NCBI GenBank assembly: GCA_043820285.1
Contig: JBDRDX010000047.1
Span: 1-56,233, forward strand
Reading direction: 5' to 3'
DNA from: Patescibacteria group bacterium
Lineage (GTDB): Bacteria > Patescibacteriota > Gracilibacteria > UBA1369 > JAHKBB01
Length of the DNA: 56,233 nt
The stretch's first letter is position 1. The number at the start of each line of letters is the position of its first letter. The notes beneath the pieces were generated by a model. The model searched no databases, was not told where the DNA came from, and saw nothing but the letters and a program-made list of their open reading frames with translations. Positions 37,793 to 49,243 of this stretch are shown one piece after another. Both the position numbers and the translations under genes were made by a program.

Positions 37793-37821
37793 AATTTATA
37801 GAATTTTTGTCCGGATTGCAA
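37793..37821 (-). promoter_or_regulatory. putative promoter for rpsL (very short leader)
   Basis: Minus strand TTGCAA-17nt-TAAATT, 9 nt from the ATG. Confidence 0.45.
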
Positions 37822-37823
37822 GC

Positions 37824-40800
37824 TTAAATTATAGGTAATTGCCTATTTTCTTCTACTCTTTCCGCGGCTTCCTCTTTTTTGGTCTTTTTCTTGTCCTTCT
37901 TCGGCAGCCTCGTTGCTTCTTCCACTAATTTCGGATTTTGTCGTCTGTACATTTCTCCAGCCGGGATTAATTTGCCGATAATCACGTTTTCTTTAAGACC
38001 TTCAAGATGATCCACTCTTCTAGTCGTAGATGCTTCTACCAAAACCCTTATTGTCTCCTGGAATGAAGCCGCACTTAGCCAGCTTTGTGTGTGCAGAGCG
38101 ATTCTTGTAAGTCCGAGAAGAAGTCTTTCCGCTCTTGCGGGTTTTTTATTTTTCATCTCTTTGTTTATTGCTTCGAAGTGGATGATGTCTATCAATTCTC
38201 CCGGTAGGAAATTTGTATCTCCCGGATCGAGAATTCTCATCTTTGAAAGCATTTGTCGTGCGATGGTTTCGATATGCTTGTCGTTGATTGTCTGACCTTG
38301 GGATGAGTAAATATGCTGTACCTCACTCATTATGTATTTCTGAACTGAGTACACGTCTGTCAGTCTCATTAGCTCTCTTAGGTCCAGGTGACCGGCTGTT
38401 AATGGGTCACCCTTTTTAACGAGATCTTTGTTTTTCACAATCAATGTTTTTGATGCGGGGATTATAACTGTCTTTTCAATGTATTGATTTGTTCGCAGAA
38501 CAACTCTGTTGGTATCGATTTCTTGGACTGTTCCACCTTCCTCGGCTTTTACGGTCTTTTTATTGCTGATTTTTGCTAGAACGTCCTTTGCTTTTACTTT
38601 TTCTCCTAACTTCACAGTTACTTCTGAATCCGGAGACAGTGCATAAATTCTTTCCGTTGGTCCGTCTGAAGTAATTGTGATTTCCGTTTCACCTTCTTTT
38701 CTCTTGATTTTAACTTCCCCGTCAATCTCGGCCATTATTGCAGGTGATTTTGGAGTTCTTGCTTCGAACAATTCTTCTACGCGTGTAAGACCTTGGGTAA
38801 TGTCCGATCCTTCCGCCACACCTCCCATGTGGAATGTACGCATGGTAAGCTGGGTACCGGGCTCACCGATGCTTTGCGCCGCAATAATTCCCACAGCTGT
38901 TCCGATTTCCACGGTTTTATTTGTGCCTAAATCTTTTCCGTAGCATTTGATGCAAATTCCGCCTTTGGTTTGGCATGTCATCACAGATCTTACCTCAACT
39001 TCTTCCACATTGTGCTCTGTGATTTTTTTCAAACTTTCTTTGTCGATTTCGCTGTCTTTTTCAATCAAAACCTTGCCTGTTTTTGGATCTTTAACATTGC
39101 TTGTAAGAACACGACCGTAGATTCTTCTTTCGAATGATTCGCCAATTTCCGCGCTTTCCTCCCTTGTTACTTTGTGTGCGTGGGTTGATCCGCAGTCATA
39201 CGCCTTAATAATAATGTCCTGTACGGCATCAACCAGACGTCTGGTCAAATATCCCGCTTCCGCGGTTTTGAGCGCTGTATCGGACTTACCTTTACGTCCA
39301 CCGTGTGTTGCAATGAAGTATTCCAGAATTGTAAATCCTTCTTTCAAGTTTGATAGGATTGGAAGTTCTATTGTTTTGCCGGCCGGGTTTGCCACCAAAC
39401 CTTTAATCCCGCAAAGCTGTGTGATCTGTCCCCAGTTACCACGAGCTCCGGAGTTGATCATATAATGAAGGTCATTTTCATCGTGGATTCCCGCAATCAT
39501 CGCGTTTGTAATATCTGATTTTGCCTGCGACCATACCTTGATGGTGTGAGTGTATCTTTCATTGTCTGTCACAAGTCCTTTCCAATATTGATTTGTGATT
39601 TTCTTTACAACTTCGGATGCTTCCTCAACGATTTTGTACTTTTCTTTCGGTACGATCATGTCCGCGGCTGAGATGGAAAGTCCTGAAAGTGTTGCAAATT
39701 TGAATCCCATTCTTTTCAAGTCGTCACCAAGGCGGGATGTTCTCTGCATGTCATAGTGTTCGAGACATTCAGCCACGATATCGCTTAGCATTTTCTTGTC
39801 CACGTTTTCGTTGATGTATCTAAGTTTTTCAGGAAGGATGCTGTTGAAGATTGCACGTCCGATAGTTGTTGAAAACACCTCTCCGTACGCTCTGACCTTT
39901 ACCGGTGCCTGCAAGTGAGTCTCTCCAAGCTGGTATGACATAACTGCTTCTTCAAGATTTGCGAATGCCATTCCTTCTCCTTTGTTTCCGGGAGTCATTT
40001 TCGTGAGGTAGTAGCACCCAAGCACCATGTCTTGAGTAGGTGTGATAACCGGTTCTCCCGCGGATGGTTTTAGTACATTGTTGCGTGAGCACATTAGCGC
40101 TTCCGCTTCCGCTTGTGCTTGGCGCGATAGGGGAACGTGTACGGCCATTTGGTCTCCATCGAAGTCCGCGTTGAATGCCGCACATACCAGCGGATGGATT
40201 TGGATCGCTTTGCCTTCTACCAGGACCGGCTTGAACGCCTGGATACCTAGTCTGTGGAGGGTGGGAGCGCGGTTTAGGAGAACGTATTTGTCGTGTGTTA
40301 CCTCTTCGAGGATGTCCCAAACTTCGCGTTGTCCGGTCTGGATCAAGCGCTCCGCATTTTTGATGTTATGAGCATAACCGTCATTGATCAGTCTTCCAAT
40401 TACGAATGGCTTGAAAAGCTCAAGAGCCATTATTTTTGGAAGTCCACATTGGTCCAAGTTCAGCTTTGGTCCAATAACGATCACCGAACGCCCTGAGTAG
40501 TCCACACGTTTTCCAAGCAGGTTCTGTCTGAATCGTCCTTGTTTACCTTTCAGCATGTCTGAAAGTGATCGAAGTTTCCTCTTTTCTCCCGTATTGAATA
40601 CCGTTCGTCCTTGTCTTGCGCTGTTGTTAAGCAATGTGTCGACAGCTTCCTGAAGCATTCTCTTTTCATTTCGCGAGATAACTTCCGGTGCGCCGATTGC
40701 GATAAGTCTTTTTAAACGATTATTCCTGTTAATTACACGTCTGTATAGATCGTTTAGGTCTGATGCCGCGAATCTTCCACCGTCCAGTTGTACCATTGGT

Positions 40801-41762
40801 CTTAGATCCGGCGGGATTACCGGTAGTGTTGTTATAACCATCCATTCCGGTTTGATGTCTGCTTTGAGCAGGCTTCCGGCAAGTTTGATTCTTTTTATGA
40901 TTTTCTTTTGCTTTTGGCCTGTTGTTTTCTTTAATTCTTCTTCTAAGTTTTCGATGAGTTTTTTGAGGTCCAGTCTCCCGACGATTTCGCGGACCGCTTC
41001 AGCGCCTGTTGATACTTTAAAAATATGTCCGAATTTCATTGAAATTTCTCTGTACTCAAGCTCCGAGTAGATCTTGCATACACTAAGTGAATTTAATTCA
41101 TCCTTTGTAGTTCTATGTTGCTCATCCAGCTCTTCCGTTTTTTGAGCGTATGCTTTCTCAAGTTCTTCTATCACGTTCCTCGTTTTTTTATTTTTTTCTT
41201 TTTCAACGTCGATTTCCGGAGCTTCTTTCTCCTTTTTCTTGAACTCTTCTTTGAACTTTTTCTTCATCGTCTTGTATTCGTTGTCGAGATTCACTTTTGC
41301 TTCCTCTTTTGCTTTCTCATCTACTTCAGTGACGATATATGCCGCGAAGTAAACAACTTGTTCGATCGCTTTTATTGGCAAATCCATTAATAATCCGATA
41401 CGGCTTGGAGTTGAGCGAAGGAACCAAATGTGTGTTACCGGGACAGCAAGTTTGATGTGTCCCATTCTTTCTCGTCGTACCGTAGAACGTGTTACTTCGA
41501 CTCCGCATTTTTCACAAATTACGCCTTTGTATCGAATTCTTTTGTACTTTCCGCAGTAACATTCCCAGTTTTTCGTTGGTCCAAAAATTCTTTCACAGAA
41601 AAGACCATCTCTTTCCGGTTTTTGAGTACGGTAATTGATTGTTTCCGGCTTTTTTACTTCTCCGTGAGACCATGAAAGGATCTGCTCCGGTGATGCCACA
41701 GAAAGTGATATCGCATCGAAGTTATCCAGGTTGGTCGCTCTAATACTTGTAGGAGTTGCCAT
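37824..41762 (-). CDS. rpoC: DNA-directed RNA polymerase subunit beta'
   Basis: [12 protein letters not shown] catalytic motif, [23 protein letters not shown]. Confidence 0.99.
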   Translation of the reverse strand: MATPTSIRATNLDNFDAISLSVASPEQILSWSHGEVKKPETINYRTQKPERDGLFCERIFGPTKNWECYCGKYKRIRYKGVICEKCGVEVTRSTVRRERMGHIKLAVPVTHIWFLRSTPSRIGLLMDLPIKAIEQVVYFAAYIVTEVDEKAKEEAKVNLDNEYKTMKKKFKEEFKKKEKEAPEIDVEKEKNKKTRNVIEELEKAYAQKTEELDEQHRTTKDELNSLSVCKIYSELEYREISMKFGHIFKVSTGAEAVREIVGRLDLKKLIENLEEELKKTTGQKQKKIIKRIKLAGSLLKADIKPEWMVITTLPVIPPDLRPMVQLDGGRFAASDLNDLYRRVINRNNRLKRLIAIGAPEVISRNEKRMLQEAVDTLLNNSARQGRTVFNTGEKRKLRSLSDMLKGKQGRFRQNLLGKRVDYSGRSVIVIGPKLNLDQCGLPKIMALELFKPFVIGRLINDGYAHNIKNAERLIQTGQREVWDILEEVTHDKYVLLNRAPTLHRLGIQAFKPVLVEGKAIQIHPLVCAAFNADFDGDQMAVHVPLSRQAQAEAEALMCSRNNVLKPSAGEPVITPTQDMVLGCYYLTKMTPGNKGEGMAFANLEEAVMSYQLGETHLQAPVKVRAYGEVFSTTIGRAIFNSILPEKLRYINENVDKKMLSDIVAECLEHYDMQRTSRLGDDLKRMGFKFATLSGLSISAADMIVPKEKYKIVEEASEVVKKITNQYWKGLVTDNERYTHTIKVWSQAKSDITNAMIAGIHDENDLHYMINSGARGNWGQITQLCGIKGLVANPAGKTIELPILSNLKEGFTILEYFIATHGGRKGKSDTALKTAEAGYLTRRLVDAVQDIIIKAYDCGSTHAHKVTREESAEIGESFERRIYGRVLTSNVKDPKTGKVLIEKDSEIDKESLKKITEHNVEEVEVRSVMTCQTKGGICIKCYGKDLGTNKTVEIGTAVGIIAAQSIGEPGTQLTMRTFHMGGVAEGSDITQGLTRVEELFEARTPKSPAIMAEIDGEVKIKRKEGETEITITSDGPTERIYALSPDSEVTVKLGEKVKAKDVLAKISNKKTVKAEEGGTVQEIDTNRVVLRTNQYIEKTVIIPASKTLIVKNKDLVKKGDPLTAGHLDLRELMRLTDVYSVQKYIMSEVQHIYSSQGQTINDKHIETIARQMLSKMRILDPGDTNFLPGELIDIIHFEAINKEMKNKKPARAERLLLGLTRIALHTQSWLSAASFQETIRVLVEASTTRRVDHLEGLKENVIIGKLIPAGEMYRRQNPKLVEEATRLPKKDKKKTKKEEAAERVEENRQLPII

Positions 41763-41776
41763 TTATATGGTGGTTA

Positions 41777-42727
41777 TTAATGTGAATATATAAACAATTG
41801 CGTGATAAATATTCCGTAAATTGCCAAGCACAAAATCCCCTCGTCCAAACTAAAGGACTTTTTGTGTGCGGCTGATGTTGTGAAAAGGTAGGTAGCTACT
41901 ATCAAAAATGGGATACCTACTTTCATCATGCTTGCGCTCATTGGTAAGTCGGAAACAAGTCCTGCAATTCCAAATATCAACGTTGTGTTGAAAAAATTGG
42001 ATCCAAAAATATTTCCAAGTGAGATCCCAAAGTTTCCTCTAATGGCTGTCATTATCGAAACTGTGAGTTCCGGTAAGGAAGTGCCGAGAGCGACGGCTGT
42101 GAATACTAAGAATGTTGAATTTATTTTTGTAATTTCGGCTATTTTGATGATCGATTCAACTGTGTATTCGGCGCCAAAGTAAACGCCGACAGCCCCTAGT
42201 GCTATTAGTGTTGGGATTTTCCAGGTAAATTTTTCCGGTTCTTCAATAATTTCTGTTACTTTTTCTTTCCAAGTCAAGCTTGATATGACTTTGTATGCTG
42301 CATAACCTGCGTATCCGATAAGCAGTATGACAGCTTCATACATTACAAGTTTCGCATCCAATATCATTAAAATAAATGTTGCTGTTATTCCTCCGAGTAT
42401 CAAAAGGTCATGTCCGATGTTTTTTTCTTTAAAGTCAATTTTCTTCAATATCAGTGTCGTGATTCCAATAAACAAAAGTATATTTGCGACATTTGACCCT
42501 ATTACGTTTGCGGCTACAAATTCCGGTTCGCCTTTTGCTATTGCTATAATGCTTGTCAAAAGTTCCGGCAGTGAAGTTCCGATAGAGACTATTGTTATTC
42601 CGATTATGAATTGCGGAATACCAAAAATTTTCCCAAGTTTCTCAGAGTTTTTGGTGAATATATCCGCCCCTATCAGCAGAACCGCTATTGCTACCAAGAA
42701 TGTTATGCTCCACAGAGCTATTTGCAT
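41777..42727 (-). CDS. calcium/sodium antiporter (YrbG/CaCA family)
   Basis: Two GTSLPEL alpha-repeats, each followed by N.IGSN/N.FGSN; about 10 TM segments. Confidence 0.93.
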   Translation of the reverse strand: MQIALWSITFLVAIAVLLIGADIFTKNSEKLGKIFGIPQFIIGITIVSIGTSLPELLTSIIAIAKGEPEFVAANVIGSNVANILLFIGITTLILKKIDFKEKNIGHDLLILGGITATFILMILDAKLVMYEAVILLIGYAGYAAYKVISSLTWKEKVTEIIEEPEKFTWKIPTLIALGAVGVYFGAEYTVESIIKIAEITKINSTFLVFTAVALGTSLPELTVSIMTAIRGNFGISLGNIFGSNFFNTTLIFGIAGLVSDLPMSASMMKVGIPFLIVATYLFTTSAAHKKSFSLDEGILCLAIYGIFITQLFIYSH

Positions 42728-42740
42728 TTCCTCAGGTTAA

Positions 42741-43262
42741 TTAAAGACCCAGGTCTCCATCTATATCTACGCCGTTGTTTCCCTTTTTCTCTTCTTCCGG
42801 TTCTTCTTCCGGTTCTTCAGCAGGAGCCTTCTCTGCTTTTATTGGCGCTTTTTCTTTAACCGGCGTTTCTTCTTCAACCGGCGTTTCTTCAGCTGGAACA
42901 TATCCTTCGCTGTTTTCGATGTTACTATCTTTTCTTTTTTCCAGCCTGATCATGTCTTGGATGATGACTTCAGTTTTGAATTTTTTTACTCCCTCCGGAG
43001 TGTCCCAACTCCGTGTTTTTAAATATCCTTCCAGATATATAAGATTTCCTTTCTTTAGGAATTTGCTGCAGATTTCTGCGAGCTTTGCCCATGCTACTAC
43101 CTCGTGGAATTCTGCTAGTGAGTGTCTTTCACTATCTTGTGTTGACCATTCACGGTTTGTTGCGATACCGAATGTGCATACGCTTTGACCGTTAGGTGTT
43201 TGTCGTAATTCCGGATTGCGTGTTAGGTTTCCGATCAAAATTACTTTGTTTACGCTTCTCAT
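42741..43262 (-). CDS. ssb: single-stranded DNA-binding protein
   Basis: SVNKVILIGNLTRNPELRQTPNG, EFHEVVAW.KLAEIC..FL.KG, EGYLKTRSW. Confidence 0.95.
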   Translation of the reverse strand: MRSVNKVILIGNLTRNPELRQTPNGQSVCTFGIATNREWSTQDSERHSLAEFHEVVAWAKLAEICSKFLKKGNLIYLEGYLKTRSWDTPEGVKKFKTEVIIQDMIRLEKRKDSNIENSEGYVPAEETPVEEETPVKEKAPIKAEKAPAEEPEEEPEEEKKGNNGVDIDGDLGL

Positions 43263-43288
43263 TGTTGTTTTGGTTAAATGAGTATCAA

Positions 43289-46200
43289 TTAAGTTTTTAA
43301 AGCCTTCTTCTTGGCTTCTTCTAATGTTTCTTCTGCCACAACTCCACCTCCCTCAGTCTCTAGATCTATCATCTTTTCTTCTACTTCCTTTTCGACCTTA
43401 CTCATTGTGTCCGGACTTTCTTTCATCTCTTCTTTAATTTCTTCGGACGGAGTGTACGCGTCATTTCCTTCAGTTTTTCTTCCTTTTACGGATAGAAGAT
43501 CAATGTTTAGACATAGACTTTGAAGCTCTTTTAGAAGTACGTTGAAACTTTCCGGAGTTCTAGGTTTTTTAATTGGCTCCGCTTTTACTATGGATTCGTA
43601 TGCTTTCGATCTTCCGTATACATCGTCTGATTTGATCGTCAGCATTTCTTGCAGTGTGTGTGATGCTCCGTACGCCTCGAGCGCCCATACTTCCATTTCT
43701 CCAAATCTCTGTCCGCCATGCTGAGCCTTGCCTCCGAGTGGCTGCTGTGTGACGAGAGAGTATGGCCCAACTGATCTTGCGTGAATTTTGTCTTCCACTA
43801 AGTGGCTCAGCTTTAAAATGTATGTGATTCCCACCGTGGTTTTGTGATCAAATGGTTCACCACTTCTACCATCATGCAATTGGATTTTCCCGTCTTCCGG
43901 TAACCCGGCTTTTATGAGAAGTTTTGTAATTTGATCTGTTCCAATACCATTTAACACCGGAGTTGCAACTTTTATTCCAAGTTTGTCAGCCGCCCATCCC
44001 AGGTGAGTTTCCAAAATCTGTCCGATATTCATACGGCTTGAAACACCAAGTGGATTTAGGATGATGTCTACAGGAGTTCCATCCGGAAGGAATGGCATAT
44101 CTTCTTCCGGCACGATGATTGAAATCACGCCTTTGTTACCGTGTCGTCCCGCTACTTTATCACCTACAGAAATTTTTCTTGTCTGCGCCACGTTTACTTT
44201 AATCTGTCTGTTTACTCCCGTTGGAAGTTCGTCCCCGGCTTCTCTTGTAAAAATTTGGATTCCGACAACTTTACCGCCTTCGCCTCCCGGCAGTCTCAGC
44301 GATGTGTCTTTTACGTCGCGGGCCTTATCTCCGAATATTGCGCGAAGAAGTCTTTCTTCCGCGGTTAGTTCAGTTTCACCTTTTGGGGTAATCTTGCCAA
44401 CGAGGATGTCACCTTCACTTACTGACGCGCCGATTCGCACGATACCGTCTTCGTCCAGGTCTTTCAGTCTCGCCTCGCCTACATTTGGAATGTCGCGTGT
44501 GATTATTTCCGGTCCAAGTTTTGTGTCCCGCACATCCATTGTGAATGTTTCGATGTGAACGGAATCATATAATCCTTTCTTAACAACACTTTCGGAAACG
44601 ATGACCGCATCCTCAAAGTTGTATCCTTGCCATGCCATGTAGGCAACCAGCAAGTTTTGGCCCAGGGCAAGTTCTCCGTCTGTGATTGCCGGACCATCCG
44701 CAAGGATATCTCCTTTCTTGATTTTGTCTCCTTTTCCCACTTTTGCTCTTTGGTGAATACATGTTGCCTGGTTTGATCTTTCGTATGTTTGGAGTGCGTA
44801 TGTAACTTTTCGTCCGTTGTCGTATATAACTGTGATTTGGTTTGCATCTACGTATGCGACTTCACCATTTCTTTCAGCCACAACCACTTGTCCGGAACTT
44901 CTCGCGGCCAGTTCTTCCATACCTGTTCCAACTACCGGCGGTTTAGGGCTTACCAGTGATACCGCCTGACGCTGCATGTTTGATCCCATTGATGCGCGAG
45001 TGTTGTCATCATGCTCCAGGAATGGAATAAGTGAAGTTGTAAGAGACACAATCTGTTTTGGAGATACGTCGATGTGTGTCACGTCTTGCATTCTTACGTA
45101 TGCCGGCTCTCCGTTTTGGCGGGCGGAAACTCTTGTCTGAACAAATTCGCCAACATTGTTTAGTTCGGAATTTGCCTGAGCAATTGTAAGTTCTTTCTCT
45201 TCTTCTGCGTCAAAGTATGTAAATTGATCCACTACGTAAGGTTGTACCGCGATTTCATCCTGTTTTACCTTTGAAAGTTTTTTAGCAATTGCTTCCGTGA
45301 TTAAATCACCCGCTTTTACGTGTGGGGCGATTGTTTCTGCAGTCCTGTGCCCTTTCGAAAAACTTGCTTTATTTGGAACATTTCTAAGTACTGCCCTAAA
45401 TGGGGTTTCGATAAACCCGTATTTATTAATCTTCGCGAATGATGCGAGATGCACAACAAGTCCGATATTTGGTCCTTCCGGTGTTGCAATAGGACAAATT
45501 CTACCGTAGTGAGACGTGTGTACATCACGTACGTCAAACGATGCTCTTTCTCTCGAAAGTCCTCCGGGTCCCATAGCGGAAAGTCTTCTTTTGTGTGCGA
45601 GTTCCGCCAGCGGATTTGTCTGGTCCATAAACTGTGAAAGTTGTGAGCTTGCAAAAAACTCTCGAAGTGCCGCTGTGATCGGACGGCTGTTTACAAGCTG
45701 TGTTGGGGTTACGGTTTCCAGGTCCATAACTGTCATTCTGTCTTTCGCAATTCTATCGGTCCTCAAAAGTCCAACCCTGAATTTATTCTGCACAAGCTCT
45801 CCAACCGCACGGATTCTTCTGTTTGATAGGTGGTCGATATCGTCCGGCTGTGATTCTCCGTTATTCAACTTGATCAGGTGTTTCAGAATGTGGATTAGGT
45901 CATCGACCTGAAATGTATGAAATTTTTTCTTGTTCGGTGTGTCCAGTTTGAATCTCTTGTTGAGTTTGTATCTGGCTACCGGTCCCATGTCATATTTCCT
46001 GTAATCGAAGAACATGGATTGAATGAGCGCCTTTGCGTTTTCCGGAGTAGCGAGGTCGCCCGGGCGGATCTTTTTGTAGATACTTTGGTATGCTTCGTCC
46101 AATGTTTTTGCCGGATCTTTTTCAAGGGTGTTTAGGATATAATCCATCTCAAGATTTATATTCGCGTCCTTGAACAGGTACAAAATGTCTTTATCTTTTT

Positions 46201-46936
46201 CGTATCCAAATACTCTTAGAAGTTCTGTTATAGGGATTTTTCTCTTTCTATCGATCTTTACCGTGATAATCCCTTTTTTGTCTGTTTCAATTTCAAGCCA
46301 AGCACCTCTTTTTGGGATGATTTTTGCACAATGCATTCCTTTTGCCTGCATGTTTCCGGAAAAGAAAACACCGGGTGATCTTACGATCTGACTTACAACC
46401 ACCCTTTCAATTCCGTTTACGACAAAGGTCCCCCTATTTGTCATCAGAGGAATTCCTCCCAAAAACACGTCCTGCTCTTTGATTTCTCCGGTGTCTTTGT
46501 TGATAAGTTGCACGTGAACTTTTAACGGAGCTTCGTATGTAATGTTTTTCGCTTTGGATGTTTCCGCGTCGTATTTTGGTTCCCCAATCTCGTGTTTTAG
46601 GAAATGGAGCTCAAGCTTTTTCCCCGAAAAATCCGAAATAGGGGATACTTCGTCTAAAAGTTCGCGGATGCCCTCCTCAAGGAACCATTTGTATGAGTCT
46701 GTTTGGACTTCAATGAGGTTTGGAAGAACGGCGTGCTTGTCCAGACGTGTTGTAAAGTATTCTCTGGTTTGAGACTCTTTCAGGTCGTCGCAAACAAGCT
46801 TTTGTTGAGAAGGTTTTAATGGTTCATCCTTCTTCTTTTTTGGGGCGATTATCTTCTTTGAGGTTTTAGAAACCTTAACCTTTGCTTTTTTAGGAGCAGC
46901 GGCCTTTTTTGAAGGCTTAACAGTCTTCTTTTTCAT
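43289..46936 (-). CDS. rpoB: DNA-directed RNA polymerase subunit beta
   Basis: [61 protein letters not shown]. Confidence 0.99.
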   Translation of the reverse strand: MKKKTVKPSKKAAAPKKAKVKVSKTSKKIIAPKKKKDEPLKPSQQKLVCDDLKESQTREYFTTRLDKHAVLPNLIEVQTDSYKWFLEEGIRELLDEVSPISDFSGKKLELHFLKHEIGEPKYDAETSKAKNITYEAPLKVHVQLINKDTGEIKEQDVFLGGIPLMTNRGTFVVNGIERVVVSQIVRSPGVFFSGNMQAKGMHCAKIIPKRGAWLEIETDKKGIITVKIDRKRKIPITELLRVFGYEKDKDILYLFKDANINLEMDYILNTLEKDPAKTLDEAYQSIYKKIRPGDLATPENAKALIQSMFFDYRKYDMGPVARYKLNKRFKLDTPNKKKFHTFQVDDLIHILKHLIKLNNGESQPDDIDHLSNRRIRAVGELVQNKFRVGLLRTDRIAKDRMTVMDLETVTPTQLVNSRPITAALREFFASSQLSQFMDQTNPLAELAHKRRLSAMGPGGLSRERASFDVRDVHTSHYGRICPIATPEGPNIGLVVHLASFAKINKYGFIETPFRAVLRNVPNKASFSKGHRTAETIAPHVKAGDLITEAIAKKLSKVKQDEIAVQPYVVDQFTYFDAEEEKELTIAQANSELNNVGEFVQTRVSARQNGEPAYVRMQDVTHIDVSPKQIVSLTTSLIPFLEHDDNTRASMGSNMQRQAVSLVSPKPPVVGTGMEELAARSSGQVVVAERNGEVAYVDANQITVIYDNGRKVTYALQTYERSNQATCIHQRAKVGKGDKIKKGDILADGPAITDGELALGQNLLVAYMAWQGYNFEDAVIVSESVVKKGLYDSVHIETFTMDVRDTKLGPEIITRDIPNVGEARLKDLDEDGIVRIGASVSEGDILVGKITPKGETELTAEERLLRAIFGDKARDVKDTSLRLPGGEGGKVVGIQIFTREAGDELPTGVNRQIKVNVAQTRKISVGDKVAGRHGNKGVISIIVPEEDMPFLPDGTPVDIILNPLGVSSRMNIGQILETHLGWAADKLGIKVATPVLNGIGTDQITKLLIKAGLPEDGKIQLHDGRSGEPFDHKTTVGITYILKLSHLVEDKIHARSVGPYSLVTQQPLGGKAQHGGQRFGEMEVWALEAYGASHTLQEMLTIKSDDVYGRSKAYESIVKAEPIKKPRTPESFNVLLKELQSLCLNIDLLSVKGRKTEGNDAYTPSEEIKEEMKESPDTMSKVEKEVEEKMIDLETEGGGVVAEETLEEAKKKALKT

Positions 46937-47009
46937 GGCAAAACGTTGTGAAATAATAGCTTAATGCTATCTCTCACAACTCATCCGAAGCTATCTGATA
47001 GCAGTGTAG

Positions 47010-47037
47010 ATTGTATTTATCTTGTTAATAATGTCAA
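47010..47037 (-). promoter_or_regulatory. putative promoter for rpoB
   Basis: Minus strand TTGACA-16nt-TACAAT. Confidence 0.6.
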
Positions 47038-47105
47038 ACGGAAAACAAAGTATTAACAAAAAGGGCTTGCGCAAAACTCAACAGCATTGCCTAATCATCT
47101 TTTGA

Positions 47106-47861
47106 TTAAGCGTCGACGTTTACATAGTATTTCTCGTAAAACTCCTTACATTCCTTCAAGTGCTTTATCACTTTTTCGTCGTTTCCGGCGTCCAAAAACT
47201 TTGGCTTGACTTTTATCGAAATTGCGCCGGGATATTGATCCTGTTTGAGTTTTGCCAAAAGACTTTCCAGCGGAAGAATTCCCTCTTGTGGCATTGCGTA
47301 CTTCTTTCCTCTGTTTACATTGGAAAGATGTATGTGAACAAGGTAGTTTCTAAGGCTTTTATAAACTCTCATTATGTCCTCGCTCTTTTCCGCGACTCTC
47401 GAAGTGTCGATACAAGCGTGTTTGAATTCTTTTAGTTCCGCCAGGTTTGAAAGTGCGCGTTCAGGGAAGATTCCCAGAAATGTTTTCGAAGGCGCGTTCT
47501 CGAGGGCGATCGAGATTCTTTCTTTAGTTCTAAGTTTAGGAATTTCTTTCTTTAACCAACCAACAAATTTGAAGTTTAGAAGTTTTGGCGGCTGAATTAC
47601 TACAACTTTTGCATCGAGTTCTTTTGCCATCTCGATTGCTTCTGTTACCTCTCGCGGGCTGTTTGCGTCATATCTCGCTTTTACGGCTTGAATTGGAAGT
47701 TCATATTCTTTGCTAAGTTTCCTTATATACTCCGTGTTTTGTGTGTCGTACAAATCAGGTTCAACTTGCAGATCTATACCATCGTATCCAGCCTCCTTTG
47801 CGAGTTCGAAAATACGATTTAAGCCGTATCCTTTTAATGAGTCTGTAGAAAGTGTTAACAT
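47106..47861 (-). CDS. sugar phosphate isomerase/epimerase-like TIM barrel (AP endonuclease 2 superfamily)
   Basis: AKEAGYDGIDL, IALEN, CIDTS, LVHIHLSN, P.EG.LP pattern. Confidence 0.8.
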   Translation of the reverse strand: MLTLSTDSLKGYGLNRIFELAKEAGYDGIDLQVEPDLYDTQNTEYIRKLSKEYELPIQAVKARYDANSPREVTEAIEMAKELDAKVVVIQPPKLLNFKFVGWLKKEIPKLRTKERISIALENAPSKTFLGIFPERALSNLAELKEFKHACIDTSRVAEKSEDIMRVYKSLRNYLVHIHLSNVNRGKKYAMPQEGILPLESLLAKLKQDQYPGAISIKVKPKFLDAGNDEKVIKHLKECKEFYEKYYVNVDA

Positions 47862-47888
47862 TTCTATTTTGAATATTGATTTTAGTAT

Positions 47889-47917
47889 ATTATACCCGAA
47901 AATCGATTTCTTTTCAA
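47889..47917 (-). promoter_or_regulatory. putative promoter for the TIM-barrel gene
   Basis: Minus strand TTGAAA-17nt-TATAAT. Confidence 0.6.
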
Positions 47918-47924
47918 GTGTGCA

Positions 47925-49160
47925 CTAACCAATTTTCTCCTTTCCGAACATAAAAGGGCGAAGAACTTCCGGAATTTCCACAGATCCATTCTTTTTTTGA
48001 TAGTTCTCGAGGATTGCTAGAATTGTTCGTCCGATCGCAAACGCTGTGCCGTTCAGCATGTGAACGTGTTCATTTTTACCCGTTTTCGGATTCTTGTATC
48101 TGATATTTAATCTGCGTGCTTGATAGTCCGTGCAGGTCGAAGTTGAATGTGTTTCCCGATAGCGTTTCTGGAATGGGAACCAGCATTCAATATCGTATTT
48201 GCGTGCGGCCGGGATCCCGAGATCGCCTGTGCACATTTTTACCACTTGATAGTGCAGGCCGAGCCCCTGTGTCAATTTTTCTTCTAAACCGAGCAAAAAT
48301 TCATGTTCTTTGTCTGATTTGTCCGGATGTGTGAATGAAAACATTTCAATCTTGTCGAATTGATGTACCCGGAAGATACCTTTTGTGTCTTTTCCATACG
48401 ATCCGGCTTCTCTTCTGAAACAGGTTGAGAATCCGGCGTATCGTAGTGGCAGGCGGTCCGCTTCCAATATTTCGTTCATATGGAATGGGCCGACTGATTG
48501 TTCCGATGTTCCGACCAGATACAGATTGTCTTTTTTGAAGTGATAGGATTCTTCATCTCCTCCGTGAATCAGGTATCCCATTGCATCCATTGATTCATCC
48601 GAAATCATAACAGGTGGAACGATTGGTTCGAATCCTTCTTTGGTAAGTACGGACATTGCATATTGAATCAATGCAAATTCGAGCAATGCGCCGTCTCCCT
48701 TAAGGTATCCAAATCTGGATCCGGATACTTTCGCACCTCTTTCCGTGTCGATTATTCCTAGATCTTTCCCGATATCTGCGGAATCTTTTGGTTCGAAGTC
48801 GAATTTCCTCTTTTCTCCAACTGCGCGGATTACTTCGTTTTCTTCTTCACTTGCACCCTTTTTCACATCCTCTTTCGGAATGTTTGGAAGAACTTGGAGA
48901 ATTTTCCCGAGTTCTTCCTCAACTTTCTTGAGTTCCGGTTCGATTTTTTGGATTTCGACCTTCAGCGCCGGTCCTTTTTCTTTGGCTTCTTCTCCTTGAA
49001 GAGCTTTTTGTTCACTTCGGAGTTTTTCAACCTCCTGGATTAGTTTGCTTCTGCGTTTGCTCAAATCCGGAACTTTGGATAGATCAGCTTTGATCCCCTT
49101 TGTTTCGGCGGCTTTTTTGAATTGGTCAAGATTTTCTGCGATAAATTTGATATCCAGCAT
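47925..49160 (-). CDS. serS: serine--tRNA ligase
   Basis: MLDIKFI, GAKVSGSRF, GTSE, CFRREAGSYGKDTKGIFRVHQF.K.E, HMLNGT. Confidence 0.98.
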   Translation of the reverse strand: MLDIKFIAENLDQFKKAAETKGIKADLSKVPDLSKRRSKLIQEVEKLRSEQKALQGEEAKEKGPALKVEIQKIEPELKKVEEELGKILQVLPNIPKEDVKKGASEEENEVIRAVGEKRKFDFEPKDSADIGKDLGIIDTERGAKVSGSRFGYLKGDGALLEFALIQYAMSVLTKEGFEPIVPPVMISDESMDAMGYLIHGGDEESYHFKKDNLYLVGTSEQSVGPFHMNEILEADRLPLRYAGFSTCFRREAGSYGKDTKGIFRVHQFDKIEMFSFTHPDKSDKEHEFLLGLEEKLTQGLGLHYQVVKMCTGDLGIPAARKYDIECWFPFQKRYRETHSTSTCTDYQARRLNIRYKNPKTGKNEHVHMLNGTAFAIGRTILAILENYQKKNGSVEIPEVLRPFMFGKEKIG

Positions 49161-49243
49161 CGCTATGCAGTTTATTGGATATTTTTTAATCCCGCAATGT
49201 TAATTAAAATACTTCCTTCCTGTCCAAGCAACTCCCTTCCTGT

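Noticed and set aside
2308-46772. Numerous plus-strand ORFs antisense to housekeeping genes and the giant gene
   Set aside because: Shadow ORFs opposite well-supported genes, with no recognisable motifs
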